IMG/VR virus record: IMGVR_UViG_3300042691_051382
Origin: a virus
Strand: one strand, 5' to 3'
DNA length: 64,000 bases
Position 1 is the stretch's first letter, and every line of letters starts with the position of its first letter. Positions 1 through 10,702 of the stretch are shown piece after piece. The position numbers were made by a program, and so were the translations under genes. Below the pieces are notes generated by a model, which was not told the DNA's origin, did not search any database, and was given only the letters and a program-made list of their open reading frames with translations.

Positions 1-197
1 AAGTCTGTATCGGATTTTACGCAGTCGATATTTTTGGGTGGAGCATTGTCTTGATTTGCACCAGATGCGCTGATCCATTCGGTTGGTTTACCGATACCAA
101 GGAAAACGGTATCGCCCGACAACACATCAAAATTTTGATAAAAATCTTGTATAAGATACTGTCGAAAATCTTGTCTAAATGGATCACATACGGGCAT
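1..197 (-). CDS. baseplate wedge gp8-like, N-terminal part (runs off window start)
   Basis: Not in the ORF track. ATG at 197 reads MPVCDPFRQDFRQYLIQDFYQNFDVLSGDTVFLGIGKPTEW...DNAPPKNID, which matches the gp8 N-terminal F.GIG+P..W...D..PP...D pattern. Follows gp6-gp7 and is preceded by a late-type ATAAATA. Confidence 0.7.
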   Translation of the reverse strand, partial: MPVCDPFRQDFRQYLIQDFYQNFDVLSGDTVFLGIGKPTEWISASGANQDNAPPKNIDCVKSDTD

Positions 198-218
198 ACG
201 TTTCTCTCTTTAATATAT

Positions 219-2213
219 TTATGGGTCGAATGATACATCTATCAAATCTGATTGGGTTGTTCCAGTGGCTGATCCGAAACCGCCACCGGTTAAACCGCCA
301 CCAAAAATATCTGGTATGATTTCGCTTGAATCGATTTGGAATGTTCCGGTGAATCCAGCCGGGAATCCGGTTGCTCCTGTTGCTCCTGTGGAACCAGTTG
401 GAGCGGTGACACCAGTCAAACCACCTGTTGTGCTTGTTGTTATGTAACAAATCGTGGCTTGCAGCAAATTGTTGGGGCTTGCATCGTGTGTGATTTGATT
501 TGCCCATTCGAGAGCACAACGGAATTCTTCACCAACTGGCATATTAAAAAAGCTGTTTAAAGTTATTTTTCTAAACTCTGTGTTGCTGGAATATCTCAAA
601 ATTGCATATTTAAAATCACCAGTAAAACTGCTAGCCCAACCGTATCGCAACGAATCGGATGTCAAGTTCCATTCGGGCCACGATTGCGAGCCAGTTGTAC
701 CCAGCAAAAAGTCGTTTTTACCGGCTCCGACGCTAGCGGTTCCGTAAATACCTTTAAGATCGTATTCGATGCGAGCCAACACCGGCTCGTTGATGCGTCG
801 ATTTGGATGTTGGTATATAACCCACCAGGGGTCCGATGCAGGAAATCCTAAATTTGCCAATGGCGACAAAGGAATCTCAAAATTTATGCCTTCCGACACA
901 GGATTCGGTTGAGTGGTTAGTATCGGATCGTGAATATTGGGGTCGTAACCGTATGCTGTTGCGCCAAACCAACTTCGTAAATCATCAAAAGTTTCGTTTG
1001 TGTACGGTAAATAGTGTCCAATCAACGGAACTTCGTATTTGATAAGCGCACTTTCTGCATCCAAATTGGATTGAGCGCATCTTTTTATCAAAACTTGACC
1101 AAAAAATCCAAGACCCGCTGGGTGAATAAGACGTTTGAGTGCATCTCGATATTTGTTTACCACAAGTTCTGTTTTGAGAACATACGAATAATTTTGGTAG
1201 TAGTGATTGTCTTGTAAAACTTTGTTTGTGCTGAGACGACCGTCGTTGTTGGCATAATATCCAGCGAAATTACAAACAGCACCAATTGAACATGTTCCGC
1301 TGAATCCTGTTCCTTTTTCGGAACGCACGGTTATTGAAGGTGCGGTGTTGTAATTTATACCAAAATCTTCTATTTCAATTTTTAATATCTTGCCAGAGTT
1401 GTTTACTTGTGTGACTTTTGCTCGTGCGCCTTGACCGATATCACCCGCTGCATTTGTGAACACCACTCGATCGCCGACACGATATCCAGAACCACCCGAA
1501 GATATTGTTATGGTTGCAGCAACCGAATATATTTTTGGTTCGATTACTTTTTCGGTTGCAGTTTCTATTTCAAGCGGTCGAGTAGCAACAAACGATCCAT
1601 TTATGTTTCCGATTGTTAATTCGTAAACCAAAAATGGACCCAATTGAAATTTAGAAACTTCAACGACTGTTGCGGCTGCAACAGTTGTACCGCTAGCATT
1701 TTTTTGATATATTCTTCTGCCAGCCGATTCAAACAGTTTGTTTCCCTGCGCACCAGCAACACGCAAAGTTTTTCTTTGTATCCATTTACCATCCGATGCT
1801 TTGAGTATATCAACTTTTGGATAGTAAAATTCTACGTTTGTGTCGTACAATATTCTGAATAAAAATTCAAAAGTTTTTTCTGTGCCTTTTGCTTTGTAAA
1901 ACTGTTTGATGTATTTTACAAGAGTTTTTACTTCGACCGGCAAACCGGTTTCTTTGTTTATCGCCAAACCTTCAGGAAAATCTAGAAGAAATTGTTTCTT
2001 GAAATATTCAACATATTCATCGAAAGTTGTGTCGATGTCTTTTACTTTCGCCAAATCCATGCTGTTGCGAATGTATGCACCTTGAGTTTCCAACCACTCA
2101 TAATACGCATTCAAAAATGCAACAAATGTGGGATGATCGATGCGTACGAATTCTGGTACTTGCGCATTAACAAGCGGAGATATTTTATCTAAACTTTTAA
2201 ATTCGCTGCGCAT
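219..2213 (-). CDS. baseplate wedge subunit gp7-like
   Basis: Motifs QVPEFVR...FVAFLNAYYEWLE, FYKAKGT...FLFRILY, ASDGKW, LQDNHYYQNYSYVLK, IHPAG; lies downstream of gp6. Confidence 0.8.
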   Translation of the reverse strand: MRSEFKSLDKISPLVNAQVPEFVRIDHPTFVAFLNAYYEWLETQGAYIRNSMDLAKVKDIDTTFDEYVEYFKKQFLLDFPEGLAINKETGLPVEVKTLVKYIKQFYKAKGTEKTFEFLFRILYDTNVEFYYPKVDILKASDGKWIQRKTLRVAGAQGNKLFESAGRRIYQKNASGTTVAAATVVEVSKFQLGPFLVYELTIGNINGSFVATRPLEIETATEKVIEPKIYSVAATITISSGGSGYRVGDRVVFTNAAGDIGQGARAKVTQVNNSGKILKIEIEDFGINYNTAPSITVRSEKGTGFSGTCSIGAVCNFAGYYANNDGRLSTNKVLQDNHYYQNYSYVLKTELVVNKYRDALKRLIHPAGLGFFGQVLIKRCAQSNLDAESALIKYEVPLIGHYLPYTNETFDDLRSWFGATAYGYDPNIHDPILTTQPNPVSEGINFEIPLSPLANLGFPASDPWWVIYQHPNRRINEPVLARIEYDLKGIYGTASVGAGKNDFLLGTTGSQSWPEWNLTSDSLRYGWASSFTGDFKYAILRYSSNTEFRKITLNSFFNMPVGEEFRCALEWANQITHDASPNNLLQATICYITTSTTGGLTGVTAPTGSTGATGATGFPAGFTGTFQIDSSEIIPDIFGGGLTGGGFGSATGTTQSDLIDVSFDP

Positions 2214-2216
2214 TTA

Positions 2217-4145
2217 TTAGTTTGTTCCGTTGAATGGACTACCCGAAGCAGAATATGGATCATAACGGAAAGTTTGTGGCGAGCAAGTTACGGTAATATC
2301 TTCCAAATTTAATATAAGAATCTGATTTCTTCTCGACAAAACATCATTCTCTTTGGGTATTGCAGAAAAAGTAATGTCGGTTTGCGTTTCGGGACTCAAA
2401 TATTGAGGAACAAAGTTTGAAAGTGTCACTTTTCCTGTTGTATAATCGATTGTTCCGGCTTGTTCATTAATATAAATCTTGGAACCTCCAACCAATTTAT
2501 ATATTCTGACGTTTCCGCTTCCATCGTCATCGATATAAGCATCGACATTTGGTTTTGGCGACGATGTGCTGGTCGAATCTTGATATCCAAATGCCGAAGA
2601 GGTCAAAATTGGAGTGTATCCATCGATAGGATGATACAATTCGTTGTCAAAATTGATTGTATAGTTGGTTATTGTGGTTAAATTTGGTTCCAGCTTCTTT
2701 TTGAGCGTCAAATCTATGTTGCAAGAAATAACCGGAGGATTGTAATTGGTGTTTATGTGCGACACAAACAAAGATTCGTTGAAATCTCTATCAAATTTTC
2801 CTACATTGTCGATGCCATAGATGTAAATTAAATTTTTGATGTTTTGTTCGAGAGTTTCTTTGGTCAAAGTGGTTTTGGCTGTGTTGTATTTTATGTTTAT
2901 ATCCAAAACAAGATACAAATAATCCGGATCAACCACCTCTGGTATGATAGAAACAAGATTTTTTTCTTTTAAAATGTTCTTTGCTATGGCAAGTTTTTGC
3001 AACTGAGTCAATTTTATTGCATTTTTCGGTTTTATCGACAAAAACACTTTACCATAAATCGGTGGATCATTGTCTTCGCCACCCCACACAAAAACACTTT
3101 CAGCTTGTTCGCCATAATCTTTTGACAATATTGCTCGATAGTCTTCGGCAGTTACGGCACGCTCTTGAGCTTGATAGTTTCTTGGAGCATAATATTTTAT
3201 GGATTGCATCGTTTCAGTTTCGCTGCCACCAAAAGACGATGTATATTTGCCATCGGTTCCGATAAGGAGTGTTGCTTGTGAAGCAGTTCTTTCGGCATAT
3301 CTGAAACTTCTCGTGCTGGAAGTGTCGTTTTTACCGATACCATTCGCCAACGATCCGCTGCAAGTGCGATAAAACACAGAAATTACATTTCCGGGAAGTG
3401 GTTGTTGACCAACAACTCCATCGCCAAAATAAATTTCGTATTGACCGCTAGAGTTGTACTGTAAAAAGTATACTTTGGAATCGCCGCCAACTTTGTTTAT
3501 GTCGTTCACAAGCGTCCACAGTGTTTCGATTCCGGTGGTGTTGTTTATAGAATACGACACACGAACTTCCAACGATGTGGTATCAACGTTGATATCGGGA
3601 ATTATAAATTTTTGATCGATATTAGAGTTTGGATCGTAAACGTATGTGATGGTTTTTACGGATCCTTCTTTTATTTCCACGTTTCTTGCAAAATAACGCG
3701 AACCTTCCGATTCAACTTTTACGTTTTCGGTTGTTGTGAATATGAAAGTTTGCGAACCTAGAGTTCCGGTAAAACGGCTGCCGGATGGTATAAATTCGGT
3801 TCCGTTTAATATACTTTGAGCCGTGGGAGTATTTACATTCAAATATTCCACATCCACATAAGCCACTGCCGATCGATACGACTTGGGAACATAGTTCAAG
3901 TGCTTGGCGATCGAGACTACCGATGGTTGCAACAAAGCACTGTCTAAAAATGTTTCATTTGCCACCATGTTGGCATAGTAACTTTGATAGTGAGTATTGT
4001 AAGATAAAATATCCAAAAGGATATTCAATCCAGAACCTTCGAAATCGTAATCTTTAAATTGATTTTGACTTTGAAGATACAGCTTCAAATTTTGTTTGAT
4101 ACCATCAAAATCGAGCGCATCAATTTTAAGATTTGTTGTTGCCAT
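2217..4145 (-). CDS. baseplate wedge subunit gp6
   Basis: LDFDGIKQNLK...FKDYDFEGSGL...LSYNTHY, YEIYFGDG, QERAVTAEDY, WGGEDNDPPIYGKVF. Confidence 0.95.
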   Translation of the reverse strand: MATTNLKIDALDFDGIKQNLKLYLQSQNQFKDYDFEGSGLNILLDILSYNTHYQSYYANMVANETFLDSALLQPSVVSIAKHLNYVPKSYRSAVAYVDVEYLNVNTPTAQSILNGTEFIPSGSRFTGTLGSQTFIFTTTENVKVESEGSRYFARNVEIKEGSVKTITYVYDPNSNIDQKFIIPDINVDTTSLEVRVSYSINNTTGIETLWTLVNDINKVGGDSKVYFLQYNSSGQYEIYFGDGVVGQQPLPGNVISVFYRTCSGSLANGIGKNDTSSTRSFRYAERTASQATLLIGTDGKYTSSFGGSETETMQSIKYYAPRNYQAQERAVTAEDYRAILSKDYGEQAESVFVWGGEDNDPPIYGKVFLSIKPKNAIKLTQLQKLAIAKNILKEKNLVSIIPEVVDPDYLYLVLDINIKYNTAKTTLTKETLEQNIKNLIYIYGIDNVGKFDRDFNESLFVSHINTNYNPPVISCNIDLTLKKKLEPNLTTITNYTINFDNELYHPIDGYTPILTSSAFGYQDSTSTSSPKPNVDAYIDDDGSGNVRIYKLVGGSKIYINEQAGTIDYTTGKVTLSNFVPQYLSPETQTDITFSAIPKENDVLSRRNQILILNLEDITVTCSPQTFRYDPYSASGSPFNGTN

Positions 4146-4534
4146 TATCGATTTCTCGTTATGTTAAATGTGAAATTGAACGGAGTCTGCAAATTTATAA
4201 TACTATAAGTGAGCGACACAGAAAAACTATTTCCATCTAAATTTGGCAAAATAACAACATCAAATAGTTGAACTCGAGGTTCATATTTTTTTATCAATTG
4301 TGAAACCACAGTTTTCATTGCATCCAGATGAAGACTCGATGTGTTTTCAAACAAACAATCGTATATTCCAGAATTTATTTCGGGATGAAATGGTTTTTCG
4401 TATCGTTTGAGCATCAAAAGATTTTTTAAAGATTTTTTGACGCTATCCGATTCGACAAATTGAGTAACATCATTCGTCAAAGGATGACGATTGAAGTTGA
4501 GGTCCAAATCGCGATAATTTACAATTTTTGCCAT
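4145..4534 (-). CDS. baseplate wedge subunit gp25
   Basis: YRDLDLNF..HP...D, EKPFHPE, YEPRV. Start moved to ATG 4534 (SD ACAGGA, TATAAATA upstream). Confidence 0.9.
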   Translation of the reverse strand: MAKIVNYRDLDLNFNRHPLTNDVTQFVESDSVKKSLKNLLMLKRYEKPFHPEINSGIYDCLFENTSSLHLDAMKTVVSQLIKKYEPRVQLFDVVILPNLDGNSFSVSLTYSIINLQTPFNFTFNITRNR

Positions 4535-4551
4535 TTGTTTTCCTGTAATAT

Positions 4552-4559
4552 TATTTATA
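4552..4559 (-). promoter_or_regulatory. T4-type late promoter TATAAATA
   Basis: Exact T4 gp55 consensus just upstream of gp25. Confidence 0.75.
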
Positions 4560-4563
4560 ACAG

Positions 4564-4845
4564 TCAATTACAGAAAACATTGTTGCTTCCTGATTCACAT
4601 TTGCTGCCACAATCAACAAGATCTCCGACGCGCCCGAGCTGTTTGTCGTTCACAAATACATTCGATGAGCCTTGAGCCAAATTTCCTGCATGGCAAGAAT
4701 TGTTGCAGTGAACCGCCCATGCATCTCCAACACGATGCGCTGGAGTTTCGTTCACGAACACATCCGGCGAACCTTGAATGTTTTCTCGACTAGGATAACC
4801 ACCATGACCCGTACAAATATCACCTTTTCTGACTACTTGTGGCAT
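4564..4845 (-). CDS. PAAR spike-tip protein (gp5.4-like)
   Basis: GDICTGH, GSPDVFVN..PAHRVGD, GSSNVFVN, RVGD...CG...GSNNVF. Confidence 0.93.
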   Translation of the reverse strand: MPQVVRKGDICTGHGGYPSRENIQGSPDVFVNETPAHRVGDAWAVHCNNSCHAGNLAQGSSNVFVNDKQLGRVGDLVDCGSKCESGSNNVFCN

Positions 4846-4848
4846 ATG

Positions 4849-5034
4849 TTATCTCCAAACGCTAGAATTTTTCAGGAATGTGACCACTTGCCGCCACACT
4901 CCATTCACCTTCAAATACACCCGTACTTTTTTCCAAACGCCGTTGACCTTGAGCCAAATGCGGGTGTCAGACGACACAATCGGCAAACTGCCGATTTCTT
5001 CCTGTGCGCCGTCAAAAAATATTCTTCCGCCCAT
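4849..5034 (-). CDS. small tail-fibre-associated protein with (W/Y)LKVNGVW repeats
   Basis: ATG 5034 overlaps the upstream stop (TAATG); three xLKxxxVW(K/R) repeats. Confidence 0.6.
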   Translation of the reverse strand: MGGRIFFDGAQEEIGSLPIVSSDTRIWLKVNGVWKKVRVYLKVNGVWRQVVTFLKNSSVWR

Positions 5035-5852
5035 TAGTTGTCGGTCTCCACTACTTGAACTTTCATACACGTTGTAGCGGTTGCGTTGCTACCATTTATC
5101 TGAACAAGCACCAAACAAGCATCAGTAACATCAGGTATCCCACATGGCATACGACCTGTCACAAAATCGCAGTCGTTGGATCTACCCACTTCATCCACAG
5201 CAAACACACCCAAAGGTTTGAATAATGTAACTCCAAATGCTCCAGCAGTACCGGTTGTTGCGGACAATGTTACGCTTGCTACACTTCTGACTCCAGTATC
5301 GCCGTATTGCAACGGAAGCATTATCATTCTAGTTGCTTCGCGATATCCAGTGTTTCCGATTGTTGTAAGAGGAGTGGTTCTACTGTTGGTTCCTGCTTGG
5401 TTGGTGTAACTTGCACTTACTTTTGTGGTTGTTGCTCCAATTTGAGTGTATATTGTCAATCCAATCATAACACCCACACCATCGGTATATCTTGTTAAAG
5501 ATGCGGTTGGAAGATTGGTGGTCTGAGCTGTTGTGACAGTTCCGCTGAGACCACCTTGATGACTTAAAATATCAACCAACAAAAAATAACCGTTTGTAAA
5601 ATAAGAGGTTATATTTGCGCCAACAAGTTTCAAACGACGCGTACCAGAAACGGCTGGTATGGGAAAAGCGATGTTTCCGGTTCGCGAAAGTGCAATCGCA
5701 GTGGTTGGTGGTGTAGCGGGTACTGGTAATCCCAAAGCCCAAGTGTTGCTGCTTTTTCCTACCGATGCGGCGTTTCCGGAAATAATATATTGTTGCGATT
5801 CGATTTCGTTTTTTACGTAGTTTTTGTACGTTGAAAAATTTGAAATGGGCAT
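5034..5852 (-). CDS. putative virion protein, paralog 3 of a tandem triplet
   Basis: Start at ATG 5852 (TAATG coupling). Shares LTRYTDGVG, YTNQ.G, GDTGVR.V.SVTL.A.TGT.G.FG with the two upstream ORFs. Confidence 0.7.
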   Translation of the reverse strand: MPISNFSTYKNYVKNEIESQQYIISGNAASVGKSSNTWALGLPVPATPPTTAIALSRTGNIAFPIPAVSGTRRLKLVGANITSYFTNGYFLLVDILSHQGGLSGTVTTAQTTNLPTASLTRYTDGVGVMIGLTIYTQIGATTTKVSASYTNQAGTNSRTTPLTTIGNTGYREATRMIMLPLQYGDTGVRSVASVTLSATTGTAGAFGVTLFKPLGVFAVDEVGRSNDCDFVTGRMPCGIPDVTDACLVLVQINGSNATATTCMKVQVVETDN

Positions 5853-6724
5853 TATTTTTCCACCGTAGTTAAAGTTCCTATGATTTCTGGCGCGGTTGTT
5901 GTGTTCCCTATCCACAAAAAAGCAAGGTGAGCGTTGTCGTGTATTTTTTGAATTCCTGGTAAACCAGTTGCAAAATCTCGCCATCCCATACCACCTGCAA
6001 CCGGGACATTTATGTATGCCAACGGATGTGCTATGGTTATTCCAAAATTTCCTTGAGTACCGGTGGATGCGCTGAGTGTTACGCTTTTAACTTCTCGCAC
6101 TCCTGTATCGCCGCTAGTTAAACCCAGAAAAATGACTCTCGACACTTCACGAAAGTTTGTTGCGCCGAAGTCTGCGGCAACGCTAGTTTGACCAGTAACA
6201 CCATTTTGATTGGTATAATTCATGGTGATGGTTCGCGCAGTTGTACCTACGATTGTGTATATTTCTGCAAAAGCGATGTTTCCCTCACCATTGGTATAGC
6301 GTGTGAGTGCAGGCGAAGCGGGGTTGCCCTGAACTGTTTGCTCGGTTGTAGCCGTGCCGCTCAGATTATGATTGTGATACAGACGGTCGTAAAGAATCAG
6401 CGTTCCTGCCACATGCGTTGATGCACTCGTGCTAACAAGCCATTTTTCTTTTCCGCTACTTGCATTTCTTTGTTTGAGTGCGCCATCGGATGTGTTGGTG
6501 GGAATCGAACCAACTGTTCCCGAAGCAGCAATATCAGCGGTTGTACCATGTGATGGTTGTCCAACATAGTTCCAAAGACTTGCGGGTCTTGCTTGGATAA
6601 CACTAACTGCGGCACCAGCTGGCGTGTAAGCTTGTTTGTGAAAGAATATAGTTTCAGCACCAGATGTGGTGCCGGTTATGGTCATTAAATTCAATAAATC
6701 CGACAAATCTGTGATACTAGCCAT
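5852..6724 (-). CDS. putative virion protein, paralog 2 of a tandem triplet
   Basis: LYDRLYHNHNLSGT, TRYTNGEGN, GDTGVREVKSVTL shared with 6726-7601. Confidence 0.75.
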   Translation of the reverse strand: MASITDLSDLLNLMTITGTTSGAETIFFHKQAYTPAGAAVSVIQARPASLWNYVGQPSHGTTADIAASGTVGSIPTNTSDGALKQRNASSGKEKWLVSTSASTHVAGTLILYDRLYHNHNLSGTATTEQTVQGNPASPALTRYTNGEGNIAFAEIYTIVGTTARTITMNYTNQNGVTGQTSVAADFGATNFREVSRVIFLGLTSGDTGVREVKSVTLSASTGTQGNFGITIAHPLAYINVPVAGGMGWRDFATGLPGIQKIHDNAHLAFLWIGNTTTAPEIIGTLTTVEK

Positions 6725-6725
6725 A

Positions 6726-7601
6726 TTAAGTTTCTACCATTGTTATGCTACCAAAAAACTCTGGAACTGTTGCTGTGGTTGGTATAAACATCCAAGCAAG
6801 ACATGCATTGTCTAATATTTTTGGTATTCCCGGAACTCCAGTGGTGTAATCGCGCCAACCACAAACTCCTGCGCCATTTCCAGCAAACATAGCCAACGGA
6901 TGTGCTATTGTTACTCCAAAGTTACCAACGGTTCCGGTTGTGGCTGTTAATGTCACGCTTTTCACTGCACGCACACCAGTATCGCCTTTTTTCAAAGGCA
7001 TTGGTATGGTGCGTGGCGACTCACGCCGTGCGTTGCCTCCAATACCAGTCAATTCGCTCACACAACCAGTTACACCATTTTGATTGGTATAGTTCATTCG
7101 TATGGTTGTGAGCGTGTTGCCAATGGTGGTGTAAATCTCAATGAACACCATGTTGCCCACACCATCCGTGTAGCGTGTGATAGCAGGAGTTGGATTTGGG
7201 TCGCCCTGAACTGTTTGTTCAACGGCTGATGTTCCGCTAAGATTGTGGTTGTGATACAATCGGTCGTAAAGAATGTATGTTCCTCCTATCGATCCCACAC
7301 CAGAAGTTTGTATTAACCATTTGTCGTTGCCGCTTTGAGCATTCGCAAAAGACATACTTCCAGTTGTACCGCTTGTTGGAATCGATCCAGTTGTACCAGA
7401 GGTTGCTATGTCTCCTGTGATGCCACCGCAAGGCACACCATCTTGTCGCCACAAACTCATTTCACGACCAGTCATAAATGTAATTGTAACATCGGTTGCG
7501 GTACCACCAATAAATGTAGTTTTGTGAAAAAATTCAGTTTCACAATTGCCTGTGGAACTCGCTAAACTAATCAGTTCATCAAGATCGGCGATACTAGGCA
7601 T
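6726..7601 (-). CDS. putative virion protein, paralog 1 of a tandem triplet
   Basis: Strong similarity to 5852-6724; located in the tail-fibre cluster. Confidence 0.75.
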   Translation of the reverse strand: MPSIADLDELISLASSTGNCETEFFHKTTFIGGTATDVTITFMTGREMSLWRQDGVPCGGITGDIATSGTTGSIPTSGTTGSMSFANAQSGNDKWLIQTSGVGSIGGTYILYDRLYHNHNLSGTSAVEQTVQGDPNPTPAITRYTDGVGNMVFIEIYTTIGNTLTTIRMNYTNQNGVTGCVSELTGIGGNARRESPRTIPMPLKKGDTGVRAVKSVTLTATTGTVGNFGVTIAHPLAMFAGNGAGVCGWRDYTTGVPGIPKILDNACLAWMFIPTTATVPEFFGSITMVET

Positions 7602-7602
7602 A

Positions 7603-7830
7603 TCAATTGTTCTCCCAATTCACTCCTCTGGAGATGAGGTCATTTTTGGCAAAGGTAATCACTTCGGTGAGTGAATCCAGATTCACTCCAGAAGCCATAT
7701 CCGTGTTCATAATTTGTGCTATACCATCCAGGTGAATATAAAATGGTTCTAAAATTGCGGTGAGTCGCCAATCGTGACGGTCGTCTTCGTATACTATTGC
7801 GGTTGGAGATGATGAAACAATGCTTGCCAT
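7603..7830 (-). CDS. hypothetical protein
   Basis: 75 aa, GAGGA SD, tightly packed with neighbours. Confidence 0.65.
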   Translation of the reverse strand: MASIVSSSPTAIVYEDDRHDWRLTAILEPFYIHLDGIAQIMNTDMASGVNLDSLTEVITFAKNDLISRGVNWENN

Positions 7831-7839
7831 GTGTTATCC

Positions 7840-9624
7840 TCAAACTGTGTATTGTAAATAAATGTTTCCATCGGTTCCGCCTGACGGTTCGGCAGTTCCG
7901 CTAGAAATTCCAAGTGCCACAAAAATGTTGCTTCCTTGAACCGTGATTGTCATGTTGCTTGCGGAGTTTGCGGTAAGCGAAGGTGTTCCTGTGACTCCGT
8001 TGACGGATTTTACATAGTTGCTTGTGAGGCTTACTGCACCCAAAGCACTCACCACAAACTCATCGCCGAAACTGGCAACACCCGTGATGCTACTGGTTGC
8101 TAGTGGAGGCGAACCTCCACCACCTGCCGATGAAGAAATAGTAATGGTGCTTCCGACTGTGCTTACGGTGACATTTGAACCTTGAGCAATCGTGACCGCA
8201 CCCGTAACTCCGTTGACGGTTTTGACATAGTTTCCAGTAAGACTTACGGCTCCTGCGGCAGAGACCACAAACTCATCGCCGAAACTGGCCACACCCGTAA
8301 CACTAGAAGTAGCGAGAGGAGGTGAATAAGACACAGCACCCGTAAGACTGTTGAATGATTGAACGCCTGTGTTTGTGACTGTTGCTACATTTCCCGAACG
8401 AGACACTGATATCGCTGTTCCTGCCGCAACCGTATCGCCCGTCACTTGATACGCCGAAGCGAGGCTTACGGCTCCGCTTGAAACGCTAAAATATGTTGAG
8501 TTGAAACTGGCCACACCAGTGACGCTTGTGGTTGCCAACGGAGGAGCATACGAAACCGCACCAGTAAGACTGTTGAACGACAGCACGCCCGTGTTGGACA
8601 GCGTGACCGTCGAACCGAGAGCCACCGATCCACCACCGCCCAATCCAGTTCCCGCACTCACGGTCGCCGAGTTGTTGACAAGTTGAAGCGTGTCGCCCAA
8701 AATCTGAATCGTGGAACCGTCAACATTCACATTCAACGAGTTGCCAGATTTGCTGAGACCGCTACCTGCGGTGGTTACATCCACGCCCGTGTATTGTGTC
8801 CATACGATGGGACTGGTTCCGAGTGTGAGACCCACACCCGAAGTACCAATCAACACAAAACCCGCACCGCCGTTGGTTACGCCTTCTTCAACATAAACCG
8901 TATCGCCACCCGCCACCTGACCAGGAATGCTGTTGTTGGCATCAGTGGCACGAATTAGTTTCCATTTTTGACTTGCGCTACCTGTGAGCGACACATAATA
9001 AATGCCGTTTTCTAAGGTGCTTGTCTGGTCCTTAACTAGAATACGGTCGTTGGCATCTGCTGTGTGACCATCAATTTGACCGATAAATCCGTTCGCAAGA
9101 CCTTCAAGATATGCGCCAACACCAGTGAGTCCATTGTCGTAGGTTGCACCAAGCGCAACTGTGGTGGCCACATGGCAGTTGGGGTGATAGTTAAGACCTG
9201 CGGCGATGTTGTCAACATAATACTTGTTGGCGGCATCATAGGTGTTGGTGGGTGTCAACAGGTCGGTAATCTTGTAGTTGTTGAGCGAAAGATTTCCGCT
9301 GATGCCCGTGGTGAAAGTTTGCTGTTGCGAGAATGTGTTGGTGGCGTTGGTTCGGGCGACATTTGTGAGACTTACCGCACCTGTAGAGACGGTGAAGTCG
9401 GACGAGTTGAAACTGGCCACGCCTGTGACGCTTGTGGTGGCGAGAGGAGGAGCATATGTGACTGTGCCTGTAGTACCGTTGAAACTATTGACAATATTAG
9501 GTGCTGAAACATTTCCACTAAAAGTAGCACCAGCAGCACTAATATTACGGTTTGAATCAATAAATTGATCGGCAGAAGCTCCAACCGAAAATCCGCCAAC
9601 TGAATTGTAAGGTCTCAATCCCAT
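7840..9624 (-). CDS. tail fibre protein with internal repeats
   Basis: Repeats of VxSFNxxTGAV..PPLATxSxTGVASF; DAANKYYVD; DRILVKDQT...ENGIY; C-terminal PSGGTDGNIYLQY. Confidence 0.8.
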   Translation of the reverse strand: MGLRPYNSVGGFSVGASADQFIDSNRNISAAGATFSGNVSAPNIVNSFNGTTGTVTYAPPLATTSVTGVASFNSSDFTVSTGAVSLTNVARTNATNTFSQQQTFTTGISGNLSLNNYKITDLLTPTNTYDAANKYYVDNIAAGLNYHPNCHVATTVALGATYDNGLTGVGAYLEGLANGFIGQIDGHTADANDRILVKDQTSTLENGIYYVSLTGSASQKWKLIRATDANNSIPGQVAGGDTVYVEEGVTNGGAGFVLIGTSGVGLTLGTSPIVWTQYTGVDVTTAGSGLSKSGNSLNVNVDGSTIQILGDTLQLVNNSATVSAGTGLGGGGSVALGSTVTLSNTGVLSFNSLTGAVSYAPPLATTSVTGVASFNSTYFSVSSGAVSLASAYQVTGDTVAAGTAISVSRSGNVATVTNTGVQSFNSLTGAVSYSPPLATSSVTGVASFGDEFVVSAAGAVSLTGNYVKTVNGVTGAVTIAQGSNVTVSTVGSTITISSSAGGGGSPPLATSSITGVASFGDEFVVSALGAVSLTSNYVKSVNGVTGTPSLTANSASNMTITVQGSNIFVALGISSGTAEPSGGTDGNIYLQYTV

Positions 9625-9639
9625 TTATTCAAAACCTTT

Positions 9640-10680
9640 TTATAGAGGTACAACTGCACTTCCTTGATACAATGTGGAGCGAACTGAAAAAATTGTTGAA
9701 TCGGTTGATGCCGGTGTAACATACAAAGCCCAACTGTTGCCAGTGGCTTCAACAGCAAATGTTCCAACATTCGAACCGACAGATAAATTTGCATATTCCG
9801 AATAATCAAAAGTAATACCAACACCATCGTAAATAATCATGTATTTTTTGATGGTACTTCCGCTGTTGTCGGTTTTATAACCATACACAGTGATGTCTGC
9901 CGAATTCATGTATTTAAAAGTTGTAAGAGTAGCAGTAGCACCATCAACTGTTCCGAAAGTTTCTTCTTCGCGATAACCTTCAACCAGCAATATTTTTGAT
10001 GTTGATGTTGTTGTTTTTTGGTTGCCAATGGTTTCGGCAAAACTGACACCCGATGTGGTTCCCGAAGACAATAATCCAATTCTATTTGTTTCGGTTGAAA
10101 CGCCACCGCGAAGAAGAAAGTTTCCAGTACTTGTTGAACTTTCTTTTGCAAGTACTGGACTCAAACTTACATTACCATTGATTACTTGAAACTGAGTTTG
10201 CTTGAAAGAAGCAACACCTGTAAGACTGTAACCTGCGACTGGAGGCGCATATGTTACAATTCCTGTTGCGCCGTTGAAACTTTCAACATAATTACCAACT
10301 GGACCTGTGGCTCCTGTGGCTCCTCGGTCGCCAGTTGCTCCGGTTGCACCTGTAACACCTTGAGAACCAGTAGCTCCAGTAGCTCCTGTGGCACCTGTGG
10401 CACCTGTGGCTCCAGTGGCTCCAGTGGCTCCAGTAGCTCCTCCACCGCCACCACCACCGCTAGAAGCAATTTGTATGGCTTGTCCAACAACCGTAACTGT
10501 GACGTTGGATCCAGCAGTAACTTCAACGGGTCCTGTTAATCCATTCAATGTGCTTACGCGAACTCTTACGAGTCGCCAATAACCACCGGTGTTGTTCCAT
10601 ATCCAATAGTCAGCGGTAGTTCCGTTTGGAGCATACACCTGACCATCCGATGGACCTGTTGGAAAACTTAATTCAGCCAT
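9640..10680 (-). CDS. fibre/collagen-like virion protein with (GAT)n tract
   Basis: N-terminal [13 protein letters not shown]...WIWN...W; G-A-T triplet run; VESFNGATG motif. Confidence 0.75.
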   Translation of the reverse strand: MAELSFPTGPSDGQVYAPNGTTADYWIWNNTGGYWRLVRVRVSTLNGLTGPVEVTAGSNVTVTVVGQAIQIASSGGGGGGGATGATGATGATGATGATGATGATGSQGVTGATGATGDRGATGATGPVGNYVESFNGATGIVTYAPPVAGYSLTGVASFKQTQFQVINGNVSLSPVLAKESSTSTGNFLLRGGVSTETNRIGLLSSGTTSGVSFAETIGNQKTTTSTSKILLVEGYREEETFGTVDGATATLTTFKYMNSADITVYGYKTDNSGSTIKKYMIIYDGVGITFDYSEYANLSVGSNVGTFAVEATGNSWALYVTPASTDSTIFSVRSTLYQGSAVVPL

Positions 10681-10702
10681 ATAGTTTATTTATCTAAAAA
10701 AA

